Below, in pieces: positions 9,649-18,635 of a stretch of 64,000 nucleotides of DNA. Position 1 is the first letter of the stretch; each line of letters begins with the position of its first letter. Source of the DNA: an uncultured Planctomycetia bacterium (GTDB taxonomy: Bacteria > Omnitrophota > Gorgyraeia > 2-01-FULL-45-10); assembly GCA_964352425.1 (NCBI GenBank), contig CAYGRZ010000001.1:64672-128671 (forward strand), written 5' to 3'. Both the position numbers and the translations under genes were made by a program. Under the pieces are notes generated by a model. That model was not told the origin of the DNA and ran no database searches. It was given only the letters and a program-made list of their open reading frames with translations.

Positions 9649-10119
9649 ATGGATAAGCTATGGGCCCCGTGGAGGAGCAAATACATATATCTGCGCAAGA
9701 TTAAGGCCTGTATATTCTGCGGCGCCAAGTATGCCCGCGACCACAAGGCACGGTATATACTTGAGCGCTCAGGCCATTCGTTTTCGATGCTGAACCTGTA
9801 TCCTTACAACAACGGCCATGTGATGGTCGCGCCGTACCGGCACGTATCGAGCCTTGAACTCCTGTCTGAAGAAGAGCTCGCCGACCTGATACGGCTGGTG
9901 AACGCTGCGAAAAGAGAGATCGACAGGAAGATGAAGCCCCACGGGTACAACATCGGATGGAACCTGGGCAAGGTCGCCGGCGCGGGGTTTTCCGGCCATG
10001 TCCATGTGCATATAGTGCCGCGCTGGACCGGCGATACCAACTTCATACCGGTCATCGGCAACACGAAGGTTGTCTCGGAATCGCTCGACGCGATGTACGC
10101 TCTCCTCAAAAAGAGATAA
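9649..10119 (+). CDS. HIT-family hydrolase (Ap4A phosphorylase-like)
   Basis: LWAPWR, CIFC, NLYPYNNGH and HVHVHIVPRW motifs. Confidence 0.9.
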   Translation: MDKLWAPWRSKYIYLRKIKACIFCGAKYARDHKARYILERSGHSFSMLNLYPYNNGHVMVAPYRHVSSLELLSEEELADLIRLVNAAKREIDRKMKPHGYNIGWNLGKVAGAGFSGHVHVHIVPRWTGDTNFIPVIGNTKVVSESLDAMYALLKKR

Positions 10120-10123
10120 GGCC

Positions 10124-11275
10124 ATGCTGAAGAGAAGGGACCTCGAAAAGAAGGAAAGCCTCCTCGCCCCGTATGCGCAGAAGAGCCGCATGACGAAGGG
10201 AAGGGTCTACAAGGAACCTGAGCACGGCTACAGGTCATGTTACCAGCGTGACCGTGACCGGATCATCTATTCGACCGCGTTCCGCAGGCTTGAATACAAG
10301 ACGCAGGTCTTCGTGAACCACGAGGGCGATTATTACCGGACGCGGCTCACGCACACGCTCGAGGTCAGCCAGATAGCCCGCGCGATAGCGCGCGCGCTGA
10401 AACTGAACGAGGACCTTGTCGACGCGATAAGCCTCGCCCACGACCTCGGCCACACCCCATTCGGCCATTCGGGCGAAGATGCCTTGAACGAGATGATGAA
10501 ATCCCACGGCGGGTTCGAACATAACGCCCAGGGCCTGAGGGTCGTCGACATCCTTGAGCAGCGCTACCCGGATTTCCCCGGCCTCAATCTCACGCATGAG
10601 GTAAGGGAAGGCATCATACGGCACTCCACCGCATACGACCGTCCGCACCCTGTCGTGCCGTTCACTACGAAAGGTTCGCCGCTCCTGGAGATTCAGGTCG
10701 TCGATATCGCCGACGAGATCGCGTACGATAATCACGATCTTGACGACGGCATCACGAGCGGCCTTATCAAGGAATCTGACCTGCGGCATATTAAGTTGTG
10801 GGCCGACAAGAAGAGAGCGATCGAGAAGAAGTACCGCTCGATCAAGGACGAGATACGGAAGTATCAGATCATCCGCTCGCTGATAAACGAGCAGGTCACC
10901 GATGTCATCTTCCGGACCGAGGCGAACATCCGCAGGCGCCGGGTCCGGTCGGCGGCTGATGTGGCGAAGATACCCGAAAGGATCGTCACGTTCTCGGACA
11001 CTATGCGGCTCTTGCGCCTGCCGATGCGCGAATTTCTCATCAAGGGCCTCTACCAGCATTACCGGGTCGTCAGGATGGCCAACAAGGCTTACCGCTTCAT
11101 AGAGAGCCTGTTCAATATTTATCTCGATAAGCCGGAGCAGCTTCCGCCGGGGACCCAGTCGAGGCTGAAGATTGAGTCAAAGCACCGCGTGATATGCGAT
11201 TACATCGCCGGCATGACCGACCGCTATGCGCTGGACGAGTACAAGAAGTTCTTTGAGCCGTACGAGAGGGTGTAA
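10124..11275 (+). CDS. dgt: Deoxyguanosinetriphosphate triphosphohydrolase
   Basis: RDRDRI, FRRLEYKTQV, RTRLTHTLEV, HDLGHTPFGH and DYIAGMTD motifs. Confidence 0.93.
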   Translation: MLKRRDLEKKESLLAPYAQKSRMTKGRVYKEPEHGYRSCYQRDRDRIIYSTAFRRLEYKTQVFVNHEGDYYRTRLTHTLEVSQIARAIARALKLNEDLVDAISLAHDLGHTPFGHSGEDALNEMMKSHGGFEHNAQGLRVVDILEQRYPDFPGLNLTHEVREGIIRHSTAYDRPHPVVPFTTKGSPLLEIQVVDIADEIAYDNHDLDDGITSGLIKESDLRHIKLWADKKRAIEKKYRSIKDEIRKYQIIRSLINEQVTDVIFRTEANIRRRRVRSAADVAKIPERIVTFSDTMRLLRLPMREFLIKGLYQHYRVVRMANKAYRFIESLFNIYLDKPEQLPPGTQSRLKIESKHRVICDYIAGMTDRYALDEYKKFFEPYERV

Positions 11276-11657
11276 TTTTTCCGCTTTTATCAGGGCGTTA
11301 ACTTTTGGGCACTCGCTTTTATTAGTTGAGCAAGCCCTTGCGGCCTGGGGGGATGGGGGCACGCTAAAAGCTCCGCCGCTCGAGGAAGCAGAAATATTTG
11401 TGGTAGGGCAGGTGAGCGAAAAGCGAACCTGCCCGATGAGGGGCTTAGGGCGAGCAAATTTTTACGGGTGACGCGAGGGGGCCTTGAGAAGCGCACAAGC
11501 GAGCGCGGGATGGGGCAGTACAGACACCCGCCTGTCAGCATGTCACTTGTGAACCCCGCGCGAGCGCGGAGCATCGCAAAGGACACCGAGCGGCACCTCG
11601 ACAAGCTCGGTGCTCGCCCTGAGCGAAGTCGAAGGGCGGCAGGACCCGTAAAAATTT
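11276..11657. repeat. Composite repeat: element A (11276-11399), inverted element B (11456-11657), and element C inserted in B
   Basis: Sequence identity with 3620-3885; B arms aaatttttacgggt / acccgtaaaaattt. Confidence 0.8.
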
Positions 11658-11713
11658 CCTGCGACCCTGGCCTGTTACTAACAAGAGCCAGGGCAGACAA
11701 GCGGAAGGCAGCC

Positions 11714-11860
11714 ATGAAGTTTCTGATCATTACGGTATTGGCGTTAATGCTGTCCGGGTGCTCCAGCATCCGGATCAAGGAAGGCGGGCTCGCCGTCGGT
11801 AAAGATACGACTGCGACTGTGGACGACGTGGGAGTGGCGAGGGTGACCAACCAGTTCTGA
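11714..11860 (+). CDS. Small lipoprotein (48 aa)
   Basis: MKFLIITVLALMLSGC signal peptide with lipobox. Confidence 0.65.
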   Translation: MKFLIITVLALMLSGCSSIRIKEGGLAVGKDTTATVDDVGVARVTNQF

Positions 11861-11909
11861 CCCCTGCCGGGCGTATATAGCCTTCACGAAAAAGGCGTCC
11901 AAATAGGCG

Positions 11910-11939
11910 TTGACACGGCTTAAGCGTTCGCCGTATAAT
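11910..11939 (+). promoter_or_regulatory. Sigma70-type promoter
   Basis: TTGACA-18-TATAAT just upstream of the ATG at 11951. Confidence 0.65.
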
Positions 11940-11950
11940 CGTTTACCGGC

Positions 11951-13480
11951 ATGGAAGAGACAAAGAACCATACTTATCAGAGGGAACTGTTCGACAGGCT
12001 GAAGAAGAGCCCCAGCCTCAAGAAGGCCCAGGAGTGCTTCGGCTGTGTCATCAAGCCGGCCGCGTGGTGGATCGTCGAAAAGCCCAGCCCGAAATTCGCG
12101 GACGTGCAGAAGCTCATCTGCGGCAACTGCCCCTCGGTAAAGAGATCATCCCCCAGGCAACTGCGCCAATGCGTGAAAGAAGTCCTCGGGATGCTTGCCG
12201 GGGCCGCCGAAGAGAAGCGGCTGATCAAGTTCGACTGCCCTGAAGGCATGCACGGGTTTATATGCCCGGTCATTCAGGCAGATAAGATATTCGGCTACCT
12301 GGGCGCCTGCTACGCCAAGAAAGAGATCTCGCCGCAGGTGCTTGAGATTTTCTCAGCGTTCATCGCCACGATCGTCAAAGAGGTGCAGAAGGAGCTGGAG
12401 CTCTCAAAGCTGTATGAGACGCTTCGGCCGCGCGCGATAGCCCTCTCGACCGTTCACACCGTCCACCGCCTGATCAGCTCGACGCTGGACTTAAACGAGC
12501 TGCTGCCGCGCATCGCGAGGCTTTCGCTCCAGGTCATGAGGGCCAACCGCTGTTCGATAAAGCTCGTCGACTCGAAGCGCAAGGTCCTGCTGCCGAAAGT
12601 CACCGTCGACCTCAGGGAAAAGAACATCAGGCTGAAGAAGGTGAAGGTTGGCAGGTGGGCGCCGGGCAAGGCCGTCAAGTTCGGCAGGCCGATACGCGGC
12701 CGCGACTACCTGGCCACACCGCTCATCGACGAGGACGTGATCGGCGTCATAACATTGTATGACAAGATCGACAAGAAGCCGTTCAGCATATTCGACCAGG
12801 AGATCATGTCGACTATGACCGAGCAGGCGGTCATAGCGATAAAGAACGCCCAGCTGTACAAGGAGCAGGAGAAGCTGACGATGGGCACGATCAAGGCGCT
12901 GGCCAAGGTGCTCGATACGCGCGCGCCCGGGACGTACATACCGCGCGCCTCATTTATAAAGATCACCCTTGCGATCGGGCAGGAGCTGCACATGGACAGC
13001 GACAGCCTGAAGAGCCTCCAGTACGCTTCGATCCTGCACGATGCCGGCGAAATATTCGTGCCCGAGGCCGTTCTCGCCAAGCCGGCGAAACTGACCGGCG
13101 CGGAGTACGATATGGTCAAGGAGCACCCGGCCGCGGGAGTCGAGATAATCAAACACATGAAGGCGCTCAAATCCGCAACGCCTATCATCCTGTACCACCA
13201 TGAAAATTACGACGGCACCGGATATCCGAAAGGCCTGAAGAAGGACCAGATACCGCTCGGCGCCAGGATTATGGCCGCGGTCAGCGCATTCGAAGCGATG
13301 ATAACGATGAAACCTTACAGGGTGACGAAGACGCTCGATGAGGCGATCGATGAGATAAAGGCCAACGCCGGCACCCAGTTCGACCCGAAAGTGGTCGAGG
13401 TGTTCCTGAAAGTGACAAAGAAGAAGGATATAAGGGCATTGCTCGAGAAAGAATTGTATGGACCTAAACCGGCTGCTTAA
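11951..13480 (+). CDS. Sensor (PocR-like/GAF) HD-GYP domain protein
   Basis: LHDAG and HHENYDGTGYP motifs, GTQFDP; GAF tail AIKNAQLY. Confidence 0.85.
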   Translation: MEETKNHTYQRELFDRLKKSPSLKKAQECFGCVIKPAAWWIVEKPSPKFADVQKLICGNCPSVKRSSPRQLRQCVKEVLGMLAGAAEEKRLIKFDCPEGMHGFICPVIQADKIFGYLGACYAKKEISPQVLEIFSAFIATIVKEVQKELELSKLYETLRPRAIALSTVHTVHRLISSTLDLNELLPRIARLSLQVMRANRCSIKLVDSKRKVLLPKVTVDLREKNIRLKKVKVGRWAPGKAVKFGRPIRGRDYLATPLIDEDVIGVITLYDKIDKKPFSIFDQEIMSTMTEQAVIAIKNAQLYKEQEKLTMGTIKALAKVLDTRAPGTYIPRASFIKITLAIGQELHMDSDSLKSLQYASILHDAGEIFVPEAVLAKPAKLTGAEYDMVKEHPAAGVEIIKHMKALKSATPIILYHHENYDGTGYPKGLKKDQIPLGARIMAAVSAFEAMITMKPYRVTKTLDEAIDEIKANAGTQFDPKVVEVFLKVTKKKDIRALLEKELYGPKPAA

Positions 13481-13727
13481 ATCCGAGAGGCATTTCAAGA
13501 TACTGGCGTTCTTCCACGAGAACCAGGCGTCGATAGATACGCCGCGCGGCGTTGCCACATGGATCGGAGACGAACGCTCGAAGGTGCAGCGTGCTCTCGA
13601 AGACCTCGTCAAACTCGATATCCTCGTCGCCCACCGATCTACATCAACTACCGGCTACAGCTACACCCGCGACGCCAAACTTATCTCGAAGATAGGCAAG
13701 CTCCTGAAGCAGCACAGGCCCGCATAA
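13458..13727 (+). CDS. Small winged-helix-like protein
   Basis: 89-aa ORF overlapping the HD-GYP gene; DTPRGVATWIG...ALEDLVKLDIL pattern. Confidence 0.6.
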   Translation: MDLNRLLKSERHFKILAFFHENQASIDTPRGVATWIGDERSKVQRALEDLVKLDILVAHRSTSTTGYSYTRDAKLISKIGKLLKQHRPA

Positions 13728-13752
13728 CCGCCGAAGACCGCCTCCTGACACT

Positions 13753-16700
13753 ATGCAAGAATATCTGAAATTCTACAAGCAGCTGAATACACTGCAACAA
13801 CAGGCTGTCGATACGATCGACGGCCCGCTGCTCGTCCTGGCCGGCCCCGGCACCGGCAAGACGCAGCTCTTGTCCGTCAGGGCAGGGTCGATACTGCGGA
13901 CGGCAAAAGCCAAGCCGGACAATATCCTGATACTCACCTATACCAATTCTGCCGCGAAGGCGATGAAGGAGCGGCTTGCCGCGGTGACGGGCGCGCAGGG
14001 CTACGATGTCGAGGTCGGCACCTTCCACAGCTTTGCCAATTCGATCATCCAGGATTCGGTCGAGGCCGCCAATTACGCAGGAGACAGGATCCTGATGGAC
14101 GACGTCGAGGCGGCTAAGGCGGTACAATACATACTCGATACGACCGATGGCCTTGACGAGATCAGGCCGTTCAGGGCTCCGTACACCTATCTTAAGGACA
14201 TCCTGAAGAAGATGAGCGAGCTGAAGAAAGACGATATCACGCCGGCCGATCTCCAGCGATACCTGAAATCAAGCGGCAGCCACTACCGCTCGATGGAGGC
14301 AAAGCATAGAGAGCGCCTGAAGGCGTTCTCGGTCGTCTACAGAAGATATGAGGAATTGAAGAATGGCCTGACGAAGGGGATATTCGATGAGCGCGGCCGC
14401 TATGACTTCGACGATATGATACTCTTTGCGGTCCAGGCGATGCGCAAGGAAGAATCGCTCTGCAAGGAATACCGGCAGCAATACCGGTATATCATGGTCG
14501 ACGAGTACCAGGATACCAACGGCGCGCAGCTGGACCTTCTCTTCACGCTGCTCGACTATAAGGACCCGAACATATGCTGCGTCGGCGACGACGACCAGTC
14601 GATATACCGTTTCCAGGGCGCCAACGTCGCCAATTTCAGGAGGCTCCAGCGGCAGTTTCCCGGCATACGGAAGCTGTCCCTTACCGACAACTACCGATCC
14701 TCCGACGAGCTGATACAGGCATCGAAACAGATAATCGGCCTCATCCCTGCCGGCGAGCGCGTCGAAGACAAGCCGCAGAGATGCATCAACGATTACGCCG
14801 CCAAAGAGATACTTTACAAAGAACTCTCGACCCCCGAAGAGGAGCTCATCTACATCGTCGACAAGGTGAGGCAGCTGAAAGACAGGATCGAGAAGGACCG
14901 CTCCTTAAGCGAGGAAGAGCGTACACACCCCTATAATAACATAGCCGTCCTCGTGAGGAAGCGCGACCAGATACTGAAGGTGATAGATTCTTTCCTGCAG
15001 GCGGGGATACCGTACGCTACCGACGGCAAGGAGGATATAAGCGGCGAGAGGCGCGTCACGCAGCTCCTGGACGCCCTCCAGCTCGCCCATATCGACCCGA
15101 GGGACTACGAAGCGAAAGACACGGCGCTCTACAAGGTCCTTTCGGCCGATTATTTCGGCATACCGCAGCCGGACATACTCGCATTCCTGCAGTATGTCAG
15201 CGAAAAGAGGAAGGCCGAGAAGACGGATGTCACGGTCCTCGGCGAGTTCCTTTCCTACTTTTCGTCCGAAAGGCACGACATCGTGTTCCGCAGACCCGAT
15301 TGCTTACGCCGGGCTGCCGGGGCGATAAAAAAACTGATCGACGAAGCCAACGATATGCCGGTCCACACCGTCCTGATCGACTTCATCAAGGATGCGGGAA
15401 TCTATACGTACATACTCGCCGAATACGCCGATAACGGCATACTGAGGATACGGCACCTCCGGGCGGTAGGTTCATTCGTCAACATGGTCAAGGCGAGCGA
15501 CCTCGCGAATCCGGCGATAAGGCTCGACGGTTTTCTCGCCGAGATGGAGACGCGCGCAAGCCACGGCCTTCCGATCAAGGGCGACCTCGTCACGCTCACG
15601 CAGGCGGGCGTGCGCGTCTACACTGCCCACGGGTCAAAGGGGCTCGAGTTCCATTCCGTTATACTGCCGTTCTGCCTGCAGAACAAGAGCTGGCCGGCCA
15701 AACCCATACCCGACAAGCTGCCTCTTCCGTTCGATCTCTTCAAGACAAGGCAGGCGCTCAGGGATAAGGACACCCTGAAAAGGCTTGCCTTCCAGGACGA
15801 GACACGGCTCTTTTACGTCGCGATGACAAGGGCAAAATCCACTCTTATATTTACCGCAAGCCCCACCGAAGACAATGTCCCGGCCCAGTATCTGGAGAAG
15901 CTTGGCTTTTCCGTAAGGCAGATAGCGGGAGAGCCCGGCAACGAGGAGGCCCTGATCGGAAAGTCGCTCGAGGCTACCGACGCAGCGGACCCGTTCATCG
16001 GCACCGATGAGATCCTGAAAGACATGGTCTCGCACATCACGCTCAACCCGACCAGGCTCAACAATTACATCACCTGCAGGCGCGCCTTTCTGTACAACGA
16101 CGTGCTGAAGCTGCCGGGCGCCAGGAAGAAGAGCCTCGTATTCGGAAACTGCGTGCACAAAGCCCTTGAAGGGACATACCGCTCGTACAAGGAGAGCGGG
16201 AAGTTCCCCGCATTCAGTTTCTTCGAATCGGAATTCGGGAAAGAGTTGAAGTACCAGGGCGCGGACACGATGATGGCGCGGGACTGCCTGAACAAGCTGA
16301 AGACGCTGAAGGACTGGTTCGCGCGCGCCGCGAAGGCGGCCGTGATGCCGGTGGACCTTGAGAAGAAGCTGATGGTCACGATCGGCGATAACATTATATT
16401 CACGGGAAAATACGATAAGGTGGAGTGGGAGGATCAGGCGAAGGGGCTTGTCAGGATACTCGATTACAAGACCGGCAAGCCCGACGAGCACCTGAGGGCG
16501 ATCGATCTGTGCGCAGACCTCGCCAGCCCGGAGTGCGACGGGTACCTGCGGCAGCTCGTGGCATATAAGCTGCTCTTTGAAAAAAACAAAAAAGAGTCCC
16601 GGGGCCGGAAGGTGAGCCACGGCGTCCTCGTCTTCATCGAGCCCGTTTCGGGCACTATCGGCCGCAAGGGCCACAGGAAGGGCGACTATGTCGCCAAGCG

Positions 16701-16851
16701 CGTGGAGATATCGGACGGCATGGTCGATCAGCTTGAGCGCGTCATACAGGAGGCGTGGTCCGACATAAAGAGCCTCAAGTTCGAAAAACTGAAGGAACGT
16801 GACAAAAAGAGGTGCGGAAAATGCGATTTCGAAAATATCTGCTGGGGATAA
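13753..16851 (+). CDS. UvrD-family helicase fused to PD-(D/E)xK nuclease with Fe-S cysteines (AdnA/B-like)
   Basis: AGPGTGKT, VDEYQD, GDDDQSIYRF, YVAMTRA; nuclease GKYD...DYKTG; C-terminal CGKCDFENIC. Confidence 0.9.
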   Translation: MQEYLKFYKQLNTLQQQAVDTIDGPLLVLAGPGTGKTQLLSVRAGSILRTAKAKPDNILILTYTNSAAKAMKERLAAVTGAQGYDVEVGTFHSFANSIIQDSVEAANYAGDRILMDDVEAAKAVQYILDTTDGLDEIRPFRAPYTYLKDILKKMSELKKDDITPADLQRYLKSSGSHYRSMEAKHRERLKAFSVVYRRYEELKNGLTKGIFDERGRYDFDDMILFAVQAMRKEESLCKEYRQQYRYIMVDEYQDTNGAQLDLLFTLLDYKDPNICCVGDDDQSIYRFQGANVANFRRLQRQFPGIRKLSLTDNYRSSDELIQASKQIIGLIPAGERVEDKPQRCINDYAAKEILYKELSTPEEELIYIVDKVRQLKDRIEKDRSLSEEERTHPYNNIAVLVRKRDQILKVIDSFLQAGIPYATDGKEDISGERRVTQLLDALQLAHIDPRDYEAKDTALYKVLSADYFGIPQPDILAFLQYVSEKRKAEKTDVTVLGEFLSYFSSERHDIVFRRPDCLRRAAGAIKKLIDEANDMPVHTVLIDFIKDAGIYTYILAEYADNGILRIRHLRAVGSFVNMVKASDLANPAIRLDGFLAEMETRASHGLPIKGDLVTLTQAGVRVYTAHGSKGLEFHSVILPFCLQNKSWPAKPIPDKLPLPFDLFKTRQALRDKDTLKRLAFQDETRLFYVAMTRAKSTLIFTASPTEDNVPAQYLEKLGFSVRQIAGEPGNEEALIGKSLEATDAADPFIGTDEILKDMVSHITLNPTRLNNYITCRRAFLYNDVLKLPGARKKSLVFGNCVHKALEGTYRSYKESGKFPAFSFFESEFGKELKYQGADTMMARDCLNKLKTLKDWFARAAKAAVMPVDLEKKLMVTIGDNIIFTGKYDKVEWEDQAKGLVRILDYKTGKPDEHLRAIDLCADLASPECDGYLRQLVAYKLLFEKNKKESRGRKVSHGVLVFIEPVSGTIGRKGHRKGDYVAKRVEISDGMVDQLERVIQEAWSDIKSLKFEKLKERDKKRCGKCDFENICWG

Positions 16852-17513
16852 CACTGCTCGTGGCGGCTAGCGTGGCCGTATTCTTTTTTTACGGCCACGC
16901 GGCGGTCTACGTTTTTGCGAAGGCCAACAACATGGAGATCGCCTACAAGCAACTGAGGGTCTTGCGCATGAACGAATTCCTGTTCGATGGCCTCACAGTA
17001 AGACAGAAGAAGAGCGGGATGGGCCTTTTTGCCACGTCCGCGCGGGTCGGCTTTTCGTGGAAGGGCGCCGATGTGAGGCGGATCGCCACGGCATTCGACC
17101 TGAAGATGGTCAATTTCCTGACAGGGGCCTCCGCGAAACCCCTGTCATACAGCAATATTGACGGCCTCGTTGCGGCCCCGTTCAATAGCGCGTGGACCTA
17201 CGAGAGCATTTCCGGGAAGATATACCAGGAGCCCGATGGCGTGCGGATCGAGGACTTGATGGCCAGGAGCAATGAACTGAAGATGCGGCTGGCCGGAACA
17301 TTGAAGGATGCCAGCAGGATATCATCGGATATCACTATCTATTTCGCGGATTCACTGACCGGCACAATACCGCCCGAATATTTGGGCATGGTCCTGAAGA
17401 ACGAAGAGCCCGGATGGAAGAGCCTCTCGGTGAGGCTCGAAGGAGATTTCGCCAAACCGTCTATTCAGGTATCCGGCAAGCTCTTCAGGTTGAATATCGG
17501 GGCCAAAGATTAG
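16821..17513 (+). CDS. Hypothetical membrane-anchored beta-rich protein
   Basis: N-terminal TM segment; overlaps the helicase stop. Confidence 0.6.
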   Translation: MRFRKYLLGITLLVAASVAVFFFYGHAAVYVFAKANNMEIAYKQLRVLRMNEFLFDGLTVRQKKSGMGLFATSARVGFSWKGADVRRIATAFDLKMVNFLTGASAKPLSYSNIDGLVAAPFNSAWTYESISGKIYQEPDGVRIEDLMARSNELKMRLAGTLKDASRISSDITIYFADSLTGTIPPEYLGMVLKNEEPGWKSLSVRLEGDFAKPSIQVSGKLFRLNIGAKD

Positions 17514-17525
17514 CAAGCTCTTAAA

Positions 17526-17554
17526 TTGCATTTTGTGGCCTTCTGTGTTATACT
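17526..17554 (+). promoter_or_regulatory. Sigma70-type promoter
   Basis: TTGCAT-17-TATACT. Confidence 0.55.
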
Positions 17555-17575
17555 ACACAAAAATCAGATGCCTGT

Positions 17576-18217
17576 ATGGAAGAAGAAAAATATCAGAAAG
17601 ACCTGTTCGAGTTCGAAGAACCGAAGCGGTCATTTTCAAAGCTGACCAGCATACTGCCGAAGGCCGACCTCGAAGGACGGATGGTAATGACGTTCACGAT
17701 GGAGAAGATGGTCTTTATCTCCATCGGTATCGTGATGGCGATGGTCGTCGTCTTTGCCCTGGGCGTGGAAAACGGCAAGGCGCGCGCGAAGTCAGGCGCT
17801 CCCGCCGTGCGGAAGGCAGCCGCACCGAAGGCGCCGGTCCTGCAGGCCAAAGCCGTCGGACCCGTCACGGTGCCGGCGGCCGTTCGGAGCCGGGCGGCAA
17901 TTATCGGTCAGAAGAGCATCCTCAACACATCGCCGGTCGGCGCTGCTACACCGGCCGCGGCCACGCAAAAAACCGCCGCTGCGGCAGATGTCCCCACGCC
18001 GTATTCTGTGCTCGCCGCCAGCTTCCTCAAGAGGGATACGGCACAGGCGACACTGACGATGCTGCGCAAAGAGGGCTTGAGCGCGTTCATTATATATTCC
18101 GAGCCTTACTACAGGGTGTACGTCGGGCTGTACGCCGACAGGGCAAACGAGCAGGCCCGTAAGGACCTGGCGAGAGTAAAGCGAACCTTCAGAGACGCGC
18201 TTATTAAACTTCGATAA
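17576..18217 (+). CDS. SPOR-domain membrane protein
   Basis: TM helix, Ala/Pro-rich linker, C-terminal YSVLAASF...YYRVYVG. Confidence 0.8.
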   Translation: MEEEKYQKDLFEFEEPKRSFSKLTSILPKADLEGRMVMTFTMEKMVFISIGIVMAMVVVFALGVENGKARAKSGAPAVRKAAAPKAPVLQAKAVGPVTVPAAVRSRAAIIGQKSILNTSPVGAATPAAATQKTAAAADVPTPYSVLAASFLKRDTAQATLTMLRKEGLSAFIIYSEPYYRVYVGLYADRANEQARKDLARVKRTFRDALIKLR

Positions 18218-18241
18218 CGGTTATAACGGAAGACAGTAGAA

Positions 18242-18289
18242 GTCCTTCGGCGGGCTCAGGACATATATCCTGAGCGAAGTCGAAGGATA
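18242..18289. repeat. Twin-hairpin REP-like element C
   Basis: ccttcggcgggctcagg...cctgagcgaagtcgaagg; other copies near 11595-11640 and at 36409-36465. Confidence 0.75.
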
Positions 18290-18301
18290 GAAGGAGGAAC
18301 C

Positions 18302-18628
18302 ATGTCGCAACATCCGAGCCTGCGGTCATCAGAGAAGGATAAAAAGCACAGATCCGTGCTGAAGAGGTACGAAAGGGTCAAGCTCCTGAAAGAGAAGGAC
18401 AAGTGGGAAGAGAAGAAGGATTCGGTCTACGGCCTTCCGAAGGTCAAGATCATCCGCTTCAAGATCAAAAAAGAGAAGGCCGCCGCAGCGGCAGTCGAAG
18501 GCGCCGAAGGCGCGGCAGTACCGGGCGCAGCACCGGCAGTACCGGGCGCAGCGCCTGTCAAGGCGGCAGCTCCGGGCAAAGAAGCAGCAAAGCCGGCCGC
18601 TCCGGAGTCGAAGAAGCCTGCGAAATAA
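18302..18628 (+). CDS. PVC small basic protein (TIGR04137-like) with Ala/Pro-rich tail
   Basis: MSQHPSL...HRSVLKRYERV...W...SVYGLPKVK. Confidence 0.85.
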   Translation: MSQHPSLRSSEKDKKHRSVLKRYERVKLLKEKDKWEEKKDSVYGLPKVKIIRFKIKKEKAAAAAVEGAEGAAVPGAAPAVPGAAPVKAAAPGKEAAKPAAPESKKPAK

Positions 18629-18635
18629 GAGACGC

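Noticed and set aside
13753-16851. Helicase-nuclease as a defence effector
   Set aside because: Architecture fits AdnAB/AddAB-type repair enzymes and the neighbours are housekeeping genes
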